A stretch of DNA of 64,000 nt. It comes from Octopus vulgaris. Taxonomy: Eukaryota. A program made the translations under genes and the position numbers. Shown piece by piece: positions 1 through 12,693 of the stretch. The notes under the pieces are model-generated. The model saw only the letters and a program-made list of their open reading frames with translations. It did not search any database and was not told the origin of the DNA. How positions within the stretch are numbered: position 1 is the stretch's first letter; every line of letters starts with the position of its first letter. The stretch is from positions 174,964,001-175,028,000 of the forward strand of contig OX597814.1 in assembly GCA_951406725.2 (NCBI GenBank). Reading direction: 5' to 3'.

Positions 1-977
1 TAAAAGTTTTAGAATTAAAAAGAAATAAATAGCAGCAATTTTTACAAAAGGTTTTAAAAGTTCTGAATTTAGAAGAATAATTGCAAAATATGAAAAATTT
101 TGTCACAAATGTAGAGGGGACAAAAATGAAGATCTGTGAAATTACAGCTGTGTGTAACTCATTAACTTTACAGAGAATACAACAAAAAAAAAAAACAAAA
201 ACAAATTAGAGATAAGATACGTCTAAGAGTGACTCATATCTAGTGATGGAAGGCTTCTAATAAAAATTATGATAAAAATAAAGCCAAATCATGGAAACAA
301 AACAAGTTTTAATATAAAGAGGAAAGGATGAGATGTTTACTCTGCCAGCCTATTGAAAGTACCATACCTAGAAGTCTTGATATTGTTTCATTTATTCAAA
401 AATCTAAACTTTGTGAGTCATTAATTGTATTTTTGGATTAATGAAAATGGACAGTAAACAAAAACTTAAATGGACAAATCTATCAAAGATATTACATATG
501 TTAGTGTCATAGATATTGTTGCTGCTTATTTAGAAACAAAGATTCCTAGTTTGAATCTGGCTTGGCATGACATATATATTCAGGAATAAGACATGGCAAT
601 TAAATGACTGAAATATGCTCAAACATTAAGGTCATTCCACAGCTTTATGTACTTAATAATATCAAGAAGAACGTTAACTGTACTAATTTGACTTGTCCAG
701 GAGGGCCTGTGAAGGCCAGAATTACTGCCTCTTCCTTCAAATACAACAAAAAAAAAAAAAGTATCAACATTTTCTATCAAGTTAACATTTGTAATGATAC
801 AAAAACACATGCCATATAGAATACTGTCTTATTTATGTTGTGCTAACAAAATGTGCACATAAGTTATTGGTGACAAAAGACCAGAACTGTTGTATTAGTA
901 TATATTATTTTATAAAAGTAATGAGGGTAAAGTACATATATAAAATGCAATGCAATAAAAATACTTCAGACATAGAC

Positions 978-1032
978 CCGTCCAACCCATGCTAGTATGG
1001 AAAGCGGACGCTAAATGATGATGATGATGATG
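978..1032 (+). mobile_element. 55-bp RTE-type 3' tail insertion with ATAGAC target-site duplication
   Basis: CCAACCCATGCTAGTATGGAAAGCGGACGCTAAA(TGA)n, flanked by ATAGAC at 972-977 and 1033-1038. Confidence 0.75.
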
Positions 1033-1070
1033 ATAGACGTGAAAGCATAATCCTTAGCAAAACTGCTTAC

Positions 1071-1241
1071 CTGGAAATAACTGTACTTGTACATGTTGCC
1101 ACCAGTAAGACGACACAGCTCACCAACAGTAGCTATATCAACATAAGAATTAGGGAACATGAACAGATCAACACTACAACCAGCTGCAACACATTGTTGT
1201 CCAAGTTTGGTGTAGAAGTTCCCTTGAGGAGTGAGAAGTGT
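1071..1241 (-). CDS. SEC24C: Sec24C/D exon (TLLTPQGNFY...GCSVDLFMFPNSYVDIAT...YKYSYFQ); last exon in window
   Basis: 171 nt, phase 0-0, CAG|GTAAGC donor. Confidence 0.95.
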
Positions 1242-3087
1242 CTAAAAACAATAAAAAAAATAATAAAATGTAATTCCCTAGAAAGCAAAACCCAAATTTA
1301 TAATAGAAACAAGAAGAGCTGTCATGTATTTTTTCAACAGAATGACAAGGATAAAAACTATTTATAAAGCAATTGTTTCAGCAGTTGTACATTAGCAATA
1401 ACAATATGTAATAATGAAAACTGAATTAAAAATGATGAAGAAATATTCTAGTTAACTAATAATTTGGGCTTTAAAGTTACCTTCCAATCTAATTTTACTT
1501 GACACAACAGTACTCAAATGTTTGAGAGGTTCACCTTTTCTAAGTTGGAATGAGATTTTATTGATTTCATAACCAGGAAAGGCAGACCTACAATTGCCAG
1601 TTGACTTCTCACATGGATGAAAAATTGAAAATGTTTTCTATGGCTATCTAAGTAAGTACAGTTTAATGAACATGTAACAAAAGCAATCAATGTCTTATAT
1701 TCAAATGAAAAATGATCCAACACCTACAAAGTCAAAAAGCCAACACCAAGAGATAAAATTTTAAAAATTGAAATGAATTATTTTTAAAATGTCAACATAA
1801 ATTGTTTTCATAAAAGTAAATTATCATTGTATTTCATTATATTTCTTTGTTTTCTGTTTTGATTAATCACTTATCCTGATATCACATGTTCATAATTAAG
1901 TAGGAAATATTTCATGATGCAAACTACCAACCAGCATTTTTACTGATTATAAATTTAACTTTAAAAACATAAACTATAAGCTGGCAATTTGTTTCAAGAA
2001 CCTAAGGAAATAATCAATAAGCCTAGTACTTCTGCAACAAATTCTGAGTGAAAGATGAAAAACAAAAATGATGCAAATGGAATTTGGAACTAAATACTAT
2101 AAATTCACTCTCAGCCACTGTTATTCCACTCCATTTCTTGTCTGACAAACAAGAGACAAGACAAGAAAATTTCTGAAGCAGCAGCAAAATCCACTGATCA
2201 TTCAATTTCCCATTGCCAATTGTAACTGAGCAATAGACATCAAATGAATTGAAATAAGCAAGTACTGGGTAATGTCTGAAATAGAATAATTAAAAGTAAC
2301 TCAAGTTATGATTTGTTAATTCATGCAGCAGGCATCCCCAAGTATCTTAGTCATTCCTTTAAGTATTTTTTGTTTAGTCTGATAAGGATGCTACATGACC
2401 GAAGTGTATAATTTAGTTAAGCTAAAATATAACTAATATTTCAGTTCAATTTATAATACAATATCCACAGAGAAAAGAAAAATTTGAAACCTTTAAACCT
2501 TCAAAATGAGTGGATTCGAAATTTGATTAAAATGATGCCTTAAAATAATTTGAATCGTGTTTCATGCTTCAAAGATACAAAATGAAAGGAAAATAAAAAA
2601 AACCCAGTCAACAGGAGAGAGTAATTAAAATCCCCAAACCAAAAGTATTATTTTACTTAGTCTCTAATATGAAATAAGAATAAATAAAAACTAGATGAGT
2701 TATGTATACCTTTAAAGCAGTGTCATCTATCTACAAACAAAAATAATCAAATAATATCAAATTAAATAATGTATCACTCTGTGTGTGTGTGTGTGAGCGC
2801 ATGCGCATGCATGTGAGCTTATGGTTAAAAAAAAAAGCTATAATTAGCTGCCTATTTTGACAAAAATACAAACGATATTGGAGATTTAGCTGAAACTAAA
2901 TATAGAGAACGTCAAGAAAAACGAATCTTTCTGGAATAATTTTCAGAATAAATTCAACTGAAAATGTCAGAAGCATACAGATAATTTCTACCAAAAATAT
3001 ATTCATAGAACAATTACTCAATAAAGACAATATCATTTAATGCAGCATTGACTAATGATGTATAAAAGTGTGTTTTTCAATAACTAC

Positions 3088-3298
3088 CTTTTCTTTATCA
3101 GTACCTAGAAGTTTTCTATCATCTCTATTTTTTAATTTACCAGGTACATCGGCAATAGGCAGTGAGGTATGGAAAAGAATAAGTTTTCCAGCACAATCAG
3201 CATTGATCAAAGCTTCCAATCCAGCTTGGATAACTGGGCCTAATATCACTTCAGTTTCCCTGGATTCTCCAAACATCTGAGGTATTTGAGAGAGCAAA
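3088..3298 (-). CDS. SEC24C: Sec24C/D exon (LLSQIPQMF...PGKLKNRDDRKLLGTDKEK)
   Basis: 211 nt, phase 2 to 0, PGKLKNRDD motif. Confidence 0.96.
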
Positions 3299-4046
3299 CT
3301 GAAAATAAAGAAATTATATATGTTTAGTGTCTACAGTTGAAATGTAATTTTTCAAATATATGCATACATCCTGTATTACTTATTACTTAAGCTTCTTAAA
3401 TGTCACATGGAATCTTACATCTAAATCTGAACTCATGCATTATTGAGAAGTTGCTTTAGACAGCAGCAACAAACCAACATTTCTTGCTGATATTTGCCCC
3501 TTGGGTGTGAACCATACCAGTATTATAAGGCCTGTAAAGATCATGGTTACTTTTTGTATATCTTACTATATAATACTTTCTAAAACAGGCATAAGGCCAG
3601 AAATTATGAATGAGAAAAAAGTCAATTATATCAGCACCAGTACTTGACTGGCATTTTATTTCATAGACTCCAGAAGGATTGAAGATAAAAAATCAACCTC
3701 AGTAAGAACTGAATTCAAAATGTAAAGAGTTGGAACAAAAATTGCAATGCATCTTGTATGACACTAACTATTCTGTTAATCAACTACTCTCCTCTCACTG
3801 GGTAATAGTAAAAAATTAATTTCATAAAACCTATAATTTCTGAAAATTTATAAGAAACTCTATACAAGTTTCTGTGTGTTACCACAAAGATGCCAAACTT
3901 TTCCAAAGGTGACACTGGAGACCATCACATCCCTCAGGCTAGTCAGATTCTGTTGAACAATCTAATGCATACCAGCTTGGAATATGGATGTTAAATGATG
4001 ATGTGTTTGTTATGAAAATGAAAATTCAAGTGAACTAGTTACTCAC

Positions 4047-4159
4047 CTATCAATTACTGTCTCACATTCTGATAACTTGACTAAAAAGCCATCCAATAAT
4101 GGCATAAATACATCTTCAATATCAGAAACTACCAACATCTGTGGTTGTGCTAATGAACC
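4047..4159 (-). CDS. SEC24C: Sec24C/D exon ([27 protein letters not shown]...)
   Basis: 113 nt, phase 0 to 2, AG|GTGAGT donor, LAQPQM.VV.D motif. Confidence 0.95.
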
Positions 4160-4446
4160 CTATAGAAAAAATTACAGAAAAAAATGGAATTTAAGAAAGT
4201 GAACCAAAAATAGACAATTTAATTAAAATGAGTAACATAACATATATTGGAATGTTTTTCTTTTTGAAAGAAACTGACATCAAAAGATATTTTTAATAAA
4301 GGTATAACTACAAGTAATATGATTTTTAATCAGAAGATTTCAGCTTAATGACACCAATTCAAAATTACAAGTTATCAATGAAATTTTGGGAACAAACTCA
4401 TCCAATTTTCTATTGATGTATGAATAGAAGATGGTATTATACTTAC

Positions 4447-4525
4447 TTTAACATTATAAAAATGTATCTCTTTTGCATAAGTAAGAAATCCAACTCTAAT
4501 TTCTGATTCTGCAGCTCCTGTTTCC
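4447..4525 (-). CDS. SEC24C: Sec24C/D exon (ETGAAESEIRVGFLTYAKEIHFYNVK)
   Basis: 79 nt, phase 2 to 0. Confidence 0.95.
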
Positions 4526-5198
4526 CTGAATAATACATATAAAATATAAAATGTTAGTAATAAGCAAGAGTTACATTGTAAATAAGAAAATGCTGTTTGG
4601 TAATTGTAAGACATTTGAGTAGAAATCAATACAATTGTTATACGTAAAACAACTTTGAGGTCTTGACCAAAATGCTAAACTATTCACAGCCCATTAACAT
4701 TATTTGTTTTTGAACAGTATTGAATAATTTTACCTTTTATCAACTTACCAATTTGAAAAGTATTTCTTATACTGAACAATAAAAAATCCTACACAGTGAT
4801 TCACTCAAAAACACACTACAATGTCTGCTCCAGAGACATGTTCTACTGCTTTCTCTATCAACAGTATTATTACTATTCTGAATTAGCTGTTTATATACTT
4901 TTATTAATGCTCATTTGTAGCCCTTCCTCTCTACACTTTCTTCGCTTCTCATTAACCACTCTTCCTAGTTTTTCCCCAGAATATCAACCACCTAGAATTC
5001 TTTGTATCCATATTTCTCTGCAGATAATGACAAGCTGAAAATCAACACCTCACATCAAAGTGTTTGTGAATGTTATGGGCACAATCCCTTTCCTCACCCC
5101 ACCCACCAATTCCAACTGTAAATGAAGTCTATTTACAAACATTTGCTCAAACAAATCTGAAAAACCTTTCAAAACACAGAAAATTGAATGTTAAATAC

Positions 5199-5326
5199 CT
5201 GGGTAAGTTAACGAGTATCTCTTTTTTTAATCTGGAGCAAATCAAATGGACCAAACCATTTCTGACACTGTTGTAGGAGACATCAATGCAAAATATAAAT
5301 GCAGGACAATTGGGAGGTTTCCCATT
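5199..5326 (-). CDS. SEC24C: Sec24C/D trunk-domain exon (NGKPPNCPAFIFCIDVSYNS...LPR)
   Basis: 128 nt, phase 0 to 2, PA.IF.IDVS motif. Confidence 0.95.
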
Positions 5327-5704
5327 CTGAAAAATAAGAAATAACATATTTAAAATATATTTATATTTCTTTAATGACAAGAATGAAATGCATATATTTG
5401 TCAATGAATTCCTATTAAGGAAAAATGAAAGTGGAAAAAAAGAAATGATCCAACATAGCTTTATTATCATTTCTAGTGGATATCTGAAAACATGGGTTCT
5501 GGACAAAATCATTTTTGATAAGACCATTTTCTCAATATTAAGATTAAAATACAGAAAGTCATACAATTTTGAATATCTTACTAGAACAGTTTATAAATCT
5601 CTTATTAAAATGATGATTACTTCAGAAAACAGTGGTATACTTTATTTAAGGAGGAAGATTGAGGAAAAAGGAAAAAAATATCATAGTATCTTCAATATAC
5701 TTAC

Positions 5705-5820
5705 TTTACAATAATCTTTGGTAGCTACAAATTCATAAGAACCTAAACATAATTCAGCTCTATCATAACAATCAACTCTTCGACCAGTATGGTCAAGATG
5801 TGCAAAATATTCAGAAGGAA
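5705..5820 (-). CDS. SEC24C: Sec24C/D exon ([16 protein letters not shown]...[13 protein letters not shown])
   Basis: 116 nt, phase 1 to 0, AAA|GTAAGT donor. Confidence 0.95.
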
Positions 5821-6383
5821 CTAAAAGTAAAAAAAAAACAAAGTTGAGATCAAAGGATTGAATATAAATTTAAATTTGTTTATAAAACTCAAAGTCAAAA
5901 TGAAACTTCTTAAAATCACTATCAAGAAGATTTTAAATGATTACATTTACTTTATGTAAAAAGAGAAAAATCATCTTAAATTAAATCTTATTTGTAAAAT
6001 GATCCCTATTCTAATTGAACATTCTCTTTTGTGAAAAAAAAAGTGTGAACATAATTTCTTTTCAAATTCATATTTCAAGATGAACTAATATATAAGAATG
6101 TGTGTTATGGCAATAGAACTATAATTGTTTTAAAAAAACAACTAAAATCTATCAGGTAGTGACATGAATCGGTTATTCTATAATTTGAGAAAATTTTCTA
6201 ATCACATTTTCTTTATTATTTTTTGTCTTATTTCTTTTCATATTTTTCCCCATGTGTCTACTGAATATTTCCATTTGAAAATATATAAATTGCTGGACAT
6301 TAAATGATGATGCCTGTGAAAATATTTTAATACAAGACAAACACAATTCTTAAATGCAACTGTTTTACATAAGGAAAACATAC

Positions 6384-6522
6384 CTTCAGTGGCTGCATTA
6401 CAGAATACACACTGAAATCGTCGACCACCATCAATAAACTGCATATGAGGACTCATATAAGACTTGCACCTTTTACAACGGACTGGACCAAGGTCTCCTA
6501 AATCCACAAGTGGAGGCACATG
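6384..6522 (-). CDS. SEC24C: Sec24C/D zinc-finger exon ([12 protein letters not shown]...FQCVFC)
   Basis: 139 nt, phase 0 to 1, Sec23/24 C4 zinc finger CxxC...CxxC. Confidence 0.96.
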
Positions 6523-6882
6523 CTATAAAAAACACACAAAGTCAGAAAAATTACAAAAGAGATCTAAAAAAAAAATTGTAGTAATTGGTAAAATTAAAAA
6601 GTTTCAGAGAGCTGTCCCATCTTGCAAATGTATTAAGCTTAGTTGCAGCTGTTTGTTTATATTCAGGTCAATCCTGATCAAACAGACCTATGATTAAAGA
6701 TATTCTAGCCATAACCACCTCCTTTTCTCAATATGTATGACAACATTATCTAATGTATCCTTCATGTTTTTAAGATGGTAGGGCATGATTTGAGGGAGAT
6801 TTGACTGCTGTTTCTAGCAGGTTGAGCAAATACATTGATGCTCCCTTGTTGGCTTGTTTTAAGCTTAATATAAATTATTATT

Positions 6883-7280
6883 TTCTTTTATTTGTTTCAG
6901 CCATTTGACTGTGGCCATGATGGAGCACCGTCTTTAGCTGAGCAAATCGCCCCTGGACTTATTCTTTGTAAGTCTAGTACTTAGTCTCTGTCTTTTTTGC
7001 CGAGCTGCTAAGTTACGGGGACGTAAACACACCAACATCGGTTGTCAAGCAATGGTTGTGATGGTGGGGGCCAAACACAGACACAAACATATACATACAT
7101 ACATAATATATATATATGCAACGGGCTTCTTTCAGTTTCCGTCTACCAAATCCACTCAAAGGCTTTGGTTAGCCTGAGGCTATAGTAGCAGACACTTGCC
7201 CAAAGTGCCACGCATTGGGACTCAACCTGGAACCATGTGGTTGGTAAGCAAGCTACTTATCACACAGCCACTTCTGCGCC
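6883..7280 (-). mobile_element. tRNA-head SINE, family A
   Basis: Head GGCGCAG..GTGGCTGTGTG / GGTT.AGTCCC, central (TA/TG)n, tail ...GACTGAAACAAGTAAAAG. Near-identical copies elsewhere in the window. Confidence 0.85.
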
Positions 7281-7548
7281 TATTACAGATGCAGATTTCA
7301 CAAAATATTTTTGGAAAATGACAACAGATATATTTGTAAAGAAAAAAATTTTGAGCAATTCAATAAACTTTCAGGATCATTATTTCTTTGCTACTAATAT
7401 CTATTTAAAATTGAAAGCAATTTTGTTTCACTCATTTTTCACATTCAGTTAATGATAGAAGTTCATCTTTTGAGAATATTTTTGTCTTTTTTGTTGACAG
7501 AAGGGATCAGTAAATAAAAATAAAATATAAGCCAATAAAACAACTAAC

Positions 7549-7676
7549 CTCTTCTTTATGTAATTTTGCAAATGGAGTAATTGTCAATGCAAATGGTATA
7601 TGGGAATTTTTTAGCATATCAGCTGTACAAGGAACATTATACATTGTACTCCGAATAAATCTAGGATTACTGTTAC
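7549..7676 (-). CDS. SEC24C: Sec24C/D exon (NSNPRFIRSTMYNVPCTADMLKNSHIPF...KEE)
   Basis: 128 nt, phase 1 to 0, conserved Sec24 PRFIR.T.YN.P motif. Confidence 0.95.
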
Positions 7677-8034
7677 CTGAAATATAAGTAAACCATAAAA
7701 ATTAATGCAGGTAAAAAAGTGATTTTTTCCTCTATAAAATTTAGTACAAGAAAAATTTTGTTGGAGAAAATACATTTCATAAAACTGACTCCAGTCTATA
7801 CTGGTTATAGATACATGGCTTGTGACATGTTAGTAAAGTTGTTTTTCTTTACTAGCCCAGATAGGTGTCTTTTCATTTTTCTATCTCTGAACCTTGAAAA
7901 ATCTTTAAAAGCAATAAAGATTCTAGTTTTGTGATTCTAGCCCTGTTAGTGAGCCTGTTTTCCTTTTCTGTCTGAAATTAATGCTTATAATTTCTTATAC
8001 CATTATACACTGGAAATTTCACATATAAAACACA

Positions 8035-8510
8035 AGCATGGTTATGTGGCTAAGAAGTTTCCTTCCCAACCACTGGATTTTGGTTCAGTCCTATTGTACA
8101 AAACCTTGGGCAAGTGTCTTCAACAATAGCCCTGGGCCAACCCAAACCTTGCATATGTTTGGCAGAAAGAAACTGAAAGAAGCCTGTTGTGCATGTATGC
8201 ATGTTTGTAAGTATGTTTGTATTGCTTTGTCTTGAGATTGTGCACTGGTTGTGAATGAGTGTTATCATCATACAAATAGTGTCAGTCATTTGCAATCCTC
8301 CATGAAATCATATCCAGCCATTGTATTATTCATGTTTGAAGGAGGAGAAATATTACTCTATTTGGAAACAAGTGCACCTGTTTCCAATTGTTGCCAAACC
8401 TCACCCGGATGAGGTTTGGCAACAAGAAAGTTATCTGACCATAGAAAATCTGCTTCAATGAAATTCCTCTGGCCCATGCTTGTATGAGTTAGCAGAAGTT
8501 AAAACAATGA
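8035..8510 (+). mobile_element. SINE family B (family-A head, RTE-like tail)
   Basis: Head shared with family A, then a different body and a CCCATGC..CATG-type end. Confidence 0.7.
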
Positions 8511-8834
8511 AGATATGCATTCGAGTGTGCAAATAGGAGAAAAGGTATTCTAAACTTATTATAACTACTTTCATTTTCTTGTTTCTAATAAAAAGTTTTA
8601 AATTGTTAGGACTTAGTATGAGTGCAGGCATGGCTATGTAAAAAAGTTTGGTTTTACAGTTGCATAATTGTTGGTTTCATCTTTGACCATTGGTTAAACT
8701 GAACAATACTGTGTGAGTGAAATTTGGAAGACAGAAATTATGCAGAAGTATGCATTTATGTGTCCTTCAACAATGTGTATTAGTGAATGATGTTACATCA
8801 GTGAGAAAACTAAAAGAACCTGTGTTCTTCAAAC

Positions 8835-9352
8835 AAATGGATTTTGTTAGCTGAAAGTGAAAGCATAGTCCTGTGGTTAAGTTTGTTTTGCAATTAAGTA
8901 GTTCTGCGTTCAATCTAATACACATCACTTTGGGCAAGTAATTTCTACCATAACCTCAAATCAATCCAAGCCTTATGTGTGACTTTGAGCAGATGGAAAC
9001 TGTACAGAAACCTGTTGAATGGGCTGTACCAGTTCCTGGTTCTAATGAAGTTCATTCTGCTGCAAGCATTTTTAGCATTTCTGATGATGAGACATGGATT
9101 GCTGTTTCTTCCTACCTTTACTCTCATTAGTCTCAGACTTTGTAAAAAAAAATAACAGGTTCTGTTCTTCCTTTTTTATTTTATTTATTTGTTATTACAA
9201 CTAGCCAGTCAAAGGTTCACTGCACTTCTGACAGTAAGAATGAGAATTGTAAATTTGCTCTAAGTTGAGTTACAGAAACTCCATTCTACTTAATTGCAAA
9301 ACAGACTTAACCACAGGACTATGCTTTCATTTTCAGCTAACAAAATTCATTT
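8835..9352. repeat. 67-bp inverted repeat (8835-8901 / 9286-9352)
   Basis: Arms match at 64/67 by manual reverse complement. Confidence 0.9.
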
Positions 9353-10180
9353 ATTAAACATAAAAGAAAGTTTGCAAAAGAGAATATTCATTTATTCATA
9401 TGTTTAATATCTGTTATTCCATAGTAGCATGGCCTGGATGGAGACTAATTTGAGGCAGCATTTTATGGCTACATGCCCATAACTTGTTTTTCAGGTAAGG
9501 GATTTTACTCGTCTTTGAAAGCACAGAATGATCAATCATAACGTGAACAAGGAATATAAACATCATATCATCATTTCACTAAGGTGGTGACAAGTGAAGC
9601 CATGTAATATCAACATTTGCATATGGCTTCCACACAATTTCTGTCTACAAATTTCACTTATAAGACAATGTGTATTCCAACATCTGTTCATTTATACTAG
9701 TATAGTTGTACTATGGCATATAATCATTTCCCTCAATTCTGTATCATCTTATCTTTAAGAGAGATCTGTCTTGCCATTTCTTTTCTAAACTTTGCATAAA
9801 ACAGAGCGGGATGCTTAAGTACATAGCATCTAAAGTAATTTAAATTAAACTAAAGATGAGTCGCAGTTGACAGAGAGTCAATAGTGTGTCATTGGGGATG
9901 AGTCATGAATGGTTCCTTATCTTATTAGTATTATACTAATAAGATACTAATAAGTGGAACTGTAAATAGATTAATATTTTCTTAGCTGCAGTACTAGGCT
10001 AAAATCTTCCCATGAATAAATTCAGTATTAACAGGAATTCTATTATGTGGACAGGGATATCTCTTAACTGTTTGGTATCTTAAATATTGGGCCATACACC
10101 AATACAACTGATAATAGTGAAGAATAAAAGAAGAGAAAAAAAATCACTCTAGCTGGAATAAGTATTGTAAAAAGAAATAC

Positions 10181-10289
10181 CTTGATCCTGAGTAACAAAA
10201 TTGGTTGTTATCAGAGGAGGAACTTGACCACGCACATTTGTTGTGAAAATACCACTTTTATTTCGTCTATCATCTTCAATTACTTGGAT
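10181..10289 (-). CDS. SEC24C: Sec24C/D exon (IQVIEDDRRNKSG...RGQVPPLITTNFVTQDQG)
   Basis: 109 nt, phase 0 to 1. Peptide closely resembles the recalled human SEC24C segment IQVIEDD...RGQVPPLVTTNF..DQG. Confidence 0.95.
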
Positions 10290-10427
10290 CTAAATAAACC
10301 ATGATGAAAAAACAAAATCAATTATTAAATTAGAATGGTACAGAAACTAATTTCAATTATAAATAATGTAAAATTAATCACTTAATAAAAATAGTACATT
10401 ATATAATAAGATTCCTTATGAACTTAC

Positions 10428-11111
10428 TGGACTGGGCATTTGGTCCGGATCCAATCTTCTCGGTTGCTGCGGTTGCATACCTGAATGGCTGCCAGTGTGG
10501 TAACCACCAGAAGGCATCTGAGACGAAGATCCAGTATAGGGTCCAGAAGATGGGGGTGCATTAAACTGAGGTGGTGGACCAATAGATTGAGGAGGAGCCA
10601 CACCATATGTACTCGAAGCTGCAGAGGAAGATGGAGGCGGCCCTTGTCCCATCATGTGAGGCTGGGGTGGTACTTGACCAAGAATTCCTGAATGTACAGG
10701 AGCGTTCATGCTTGGGGGAGCTGACCCATATCCCTGGGATGGTGGCATATAGTTAGATTGAGAACCCATGTTAGGCCCAGAATTTGGAGCATATGAGTCC
10801 ATTGGTACTTGACCAACTGGACGAGAACCAACATTGGATGTAGGGGGTGGGCCAACACTTGATTGTAGGGGTGGGCCGGGAGGACCAACACTGGATGGAA
10901 AAGGCGGACCAATGCTGGATGGTGGTGAAGGACCAGCATTGATCTGTTGGTTTGGTCCAATGATGGATGAAGGTGGAGGGCAATAACTGGTTTGTTGAGG
11001 CGGCCCAATATTGCTTTGTTGGGGTGGTCCAACATTGGATGGTATGGGTGGACCAACATTAGTTTGTTGGGGTACACTCATGTTAGTTGGTGGAGGTGGT
11101 AAATTTCCAGT
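10428..11111 (-). CDS. SEC24C: Sec24C/D large proline-rich exon ending RRLDPDQMPSP
   Basis: 684 nt, polypyrimidine tract plus CCAG acceptor, CCA|GTAAGT donor. The LDPD.xPSP motif is typical of Sec24C/D. Confidence 0.93.
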
Positions 11112-12639
11112 CTGGAAAAAAAAAAAGAGAAATAACAATAAATAACTTTAATTAGATAAGATAATAAAATAAATTTTGAAAAGCTCATAAATGTATTAGG
11201 ACAGTATTATAGGTACAGAAATGAACAAGTGCTAATGCATTGCTAACTAGTCAAGTTCATTATAGAGCTGCATAGAATTTTCATGTATGTGGTTACAAAG
11301 TTCATTTCATAACCACATGGTTTCCAGTTTTATATTGCTGTATGGAACTTTGGACAAGTGTCTTCCTCTACAACTTCAGGCTGATCAATGAAAAGTTGGA
11401 AGATTTGGTGCAAATGGGACATCAAATTCCAGCTGGCTATCTACTGCCTTCCCAGAGTAATTATTCATGAATATGTTAAGGACAGATCTATAAATCAAGG
11501 TATTTTCATATCTTCTTGGATCAGGTAGTTTTTAACATGATATTACAAACTACTAACCAGTATCTTAATAAACCGGACAGTAGAGACGCCTCTATGTGAT
11601 GACTTGATTTGCGAGAACCAGCAGCCAAGTCACATTATCCTACACTACCATCATACAAAAAGAAAAGGCATATTGGATAATGTACTTCTACATATACATA
11701 AAAAACTGGATGATTGTGACTGGAATCCCTTTGATCATAGGTCTGCTGAAGCAGGGTCAACCATCACATAATAATGGTATGAGTCCAACTGAAACCAACA
11801 CACTACAACTACCAGGGCACTCTTTCATCTTTATGCTTCTCTACTGCTACAACAATGTTCTCTGTTCCTCTGAACTAGCAATCTGCATGTCATTTCTGCC
11901 AGAGTCCATCTGATATACTTGCTTTCCTTACTACCTTACTCCCTATTAGAGTTCCTGCAAATGAAGCACTTTACTAGTTACACCTAAGAATTGTATCCCT
12001 CTAAAATCTCTCTTCCCATTTCCCTCCCATACAGAAATTTAAATTGAAGCTCAGCAATACACACACACACATGCACATCAAGGGCCTCCACTGGTCAAGG
12101 TTGACCATGCATCTATATATCTTTGCACAAGTCTAGCCAAATTTCTTTTGAAGAAGACTGGTAGTTGCTTATGCATGTACTCTCTGTTATTCAAGGAAAA
12201 AACTGCCATCTTGAACCAATACAGCTTGGTACAATGTTGTCACAGGCATTGCTATCAGAATGTAAAGAGCCCAAACAGATACAACAAAGCAACTTTCCCA
12301 CCCTCCATCAGTTCCACTGATCCATTGCTCTGGACTAGTACTGTTTTACAGACCCCAAAAAGATAAAAGGTAAAGTTGACCCTCACAGAAATTGAAATTC
12401 AAAGTGCAGGAGAATTGAAACAATTAGTATGAAGAATTCTAGTTAATGCTCTAACAATTGCCAATTCACCATCCCAACTACATTGATCATTCCAGTCTGG
12501 AAGGGTTTACTAATACCATGGCCACTTCTCTAAATAAAATTTCTTAGGAAAAAAACCAAAAAGACACACTGCATCTCTGCAATGTGAAAAGTATAATAAA
12601 ATGAAAGGAAGAAGAAAAAAACATTATCTTTCAGCAAAC

Positions 12640-12693
12640 CTGAGGATATCTTCCATCTTGATTTATAGACATACCAGCCATCTGAGGTGTGAT
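12640..12693 (-). CDS. SEC24C: Sec24C/D 54-nt exon (ITPQMAGMSINQDGRYPQ)
   Basis: TTACAG acceptor, CAG|GTTTGC donor, 18 open codons, phase 0-0, composition like the neighbouring exons. Confidence 0.75.

Noticed and set aside
604-819. Next Sec24 exon or small ORF
   Set aside because: No frame matches the expected continuation after YKYSYFQ; the next exon lies outside the window.
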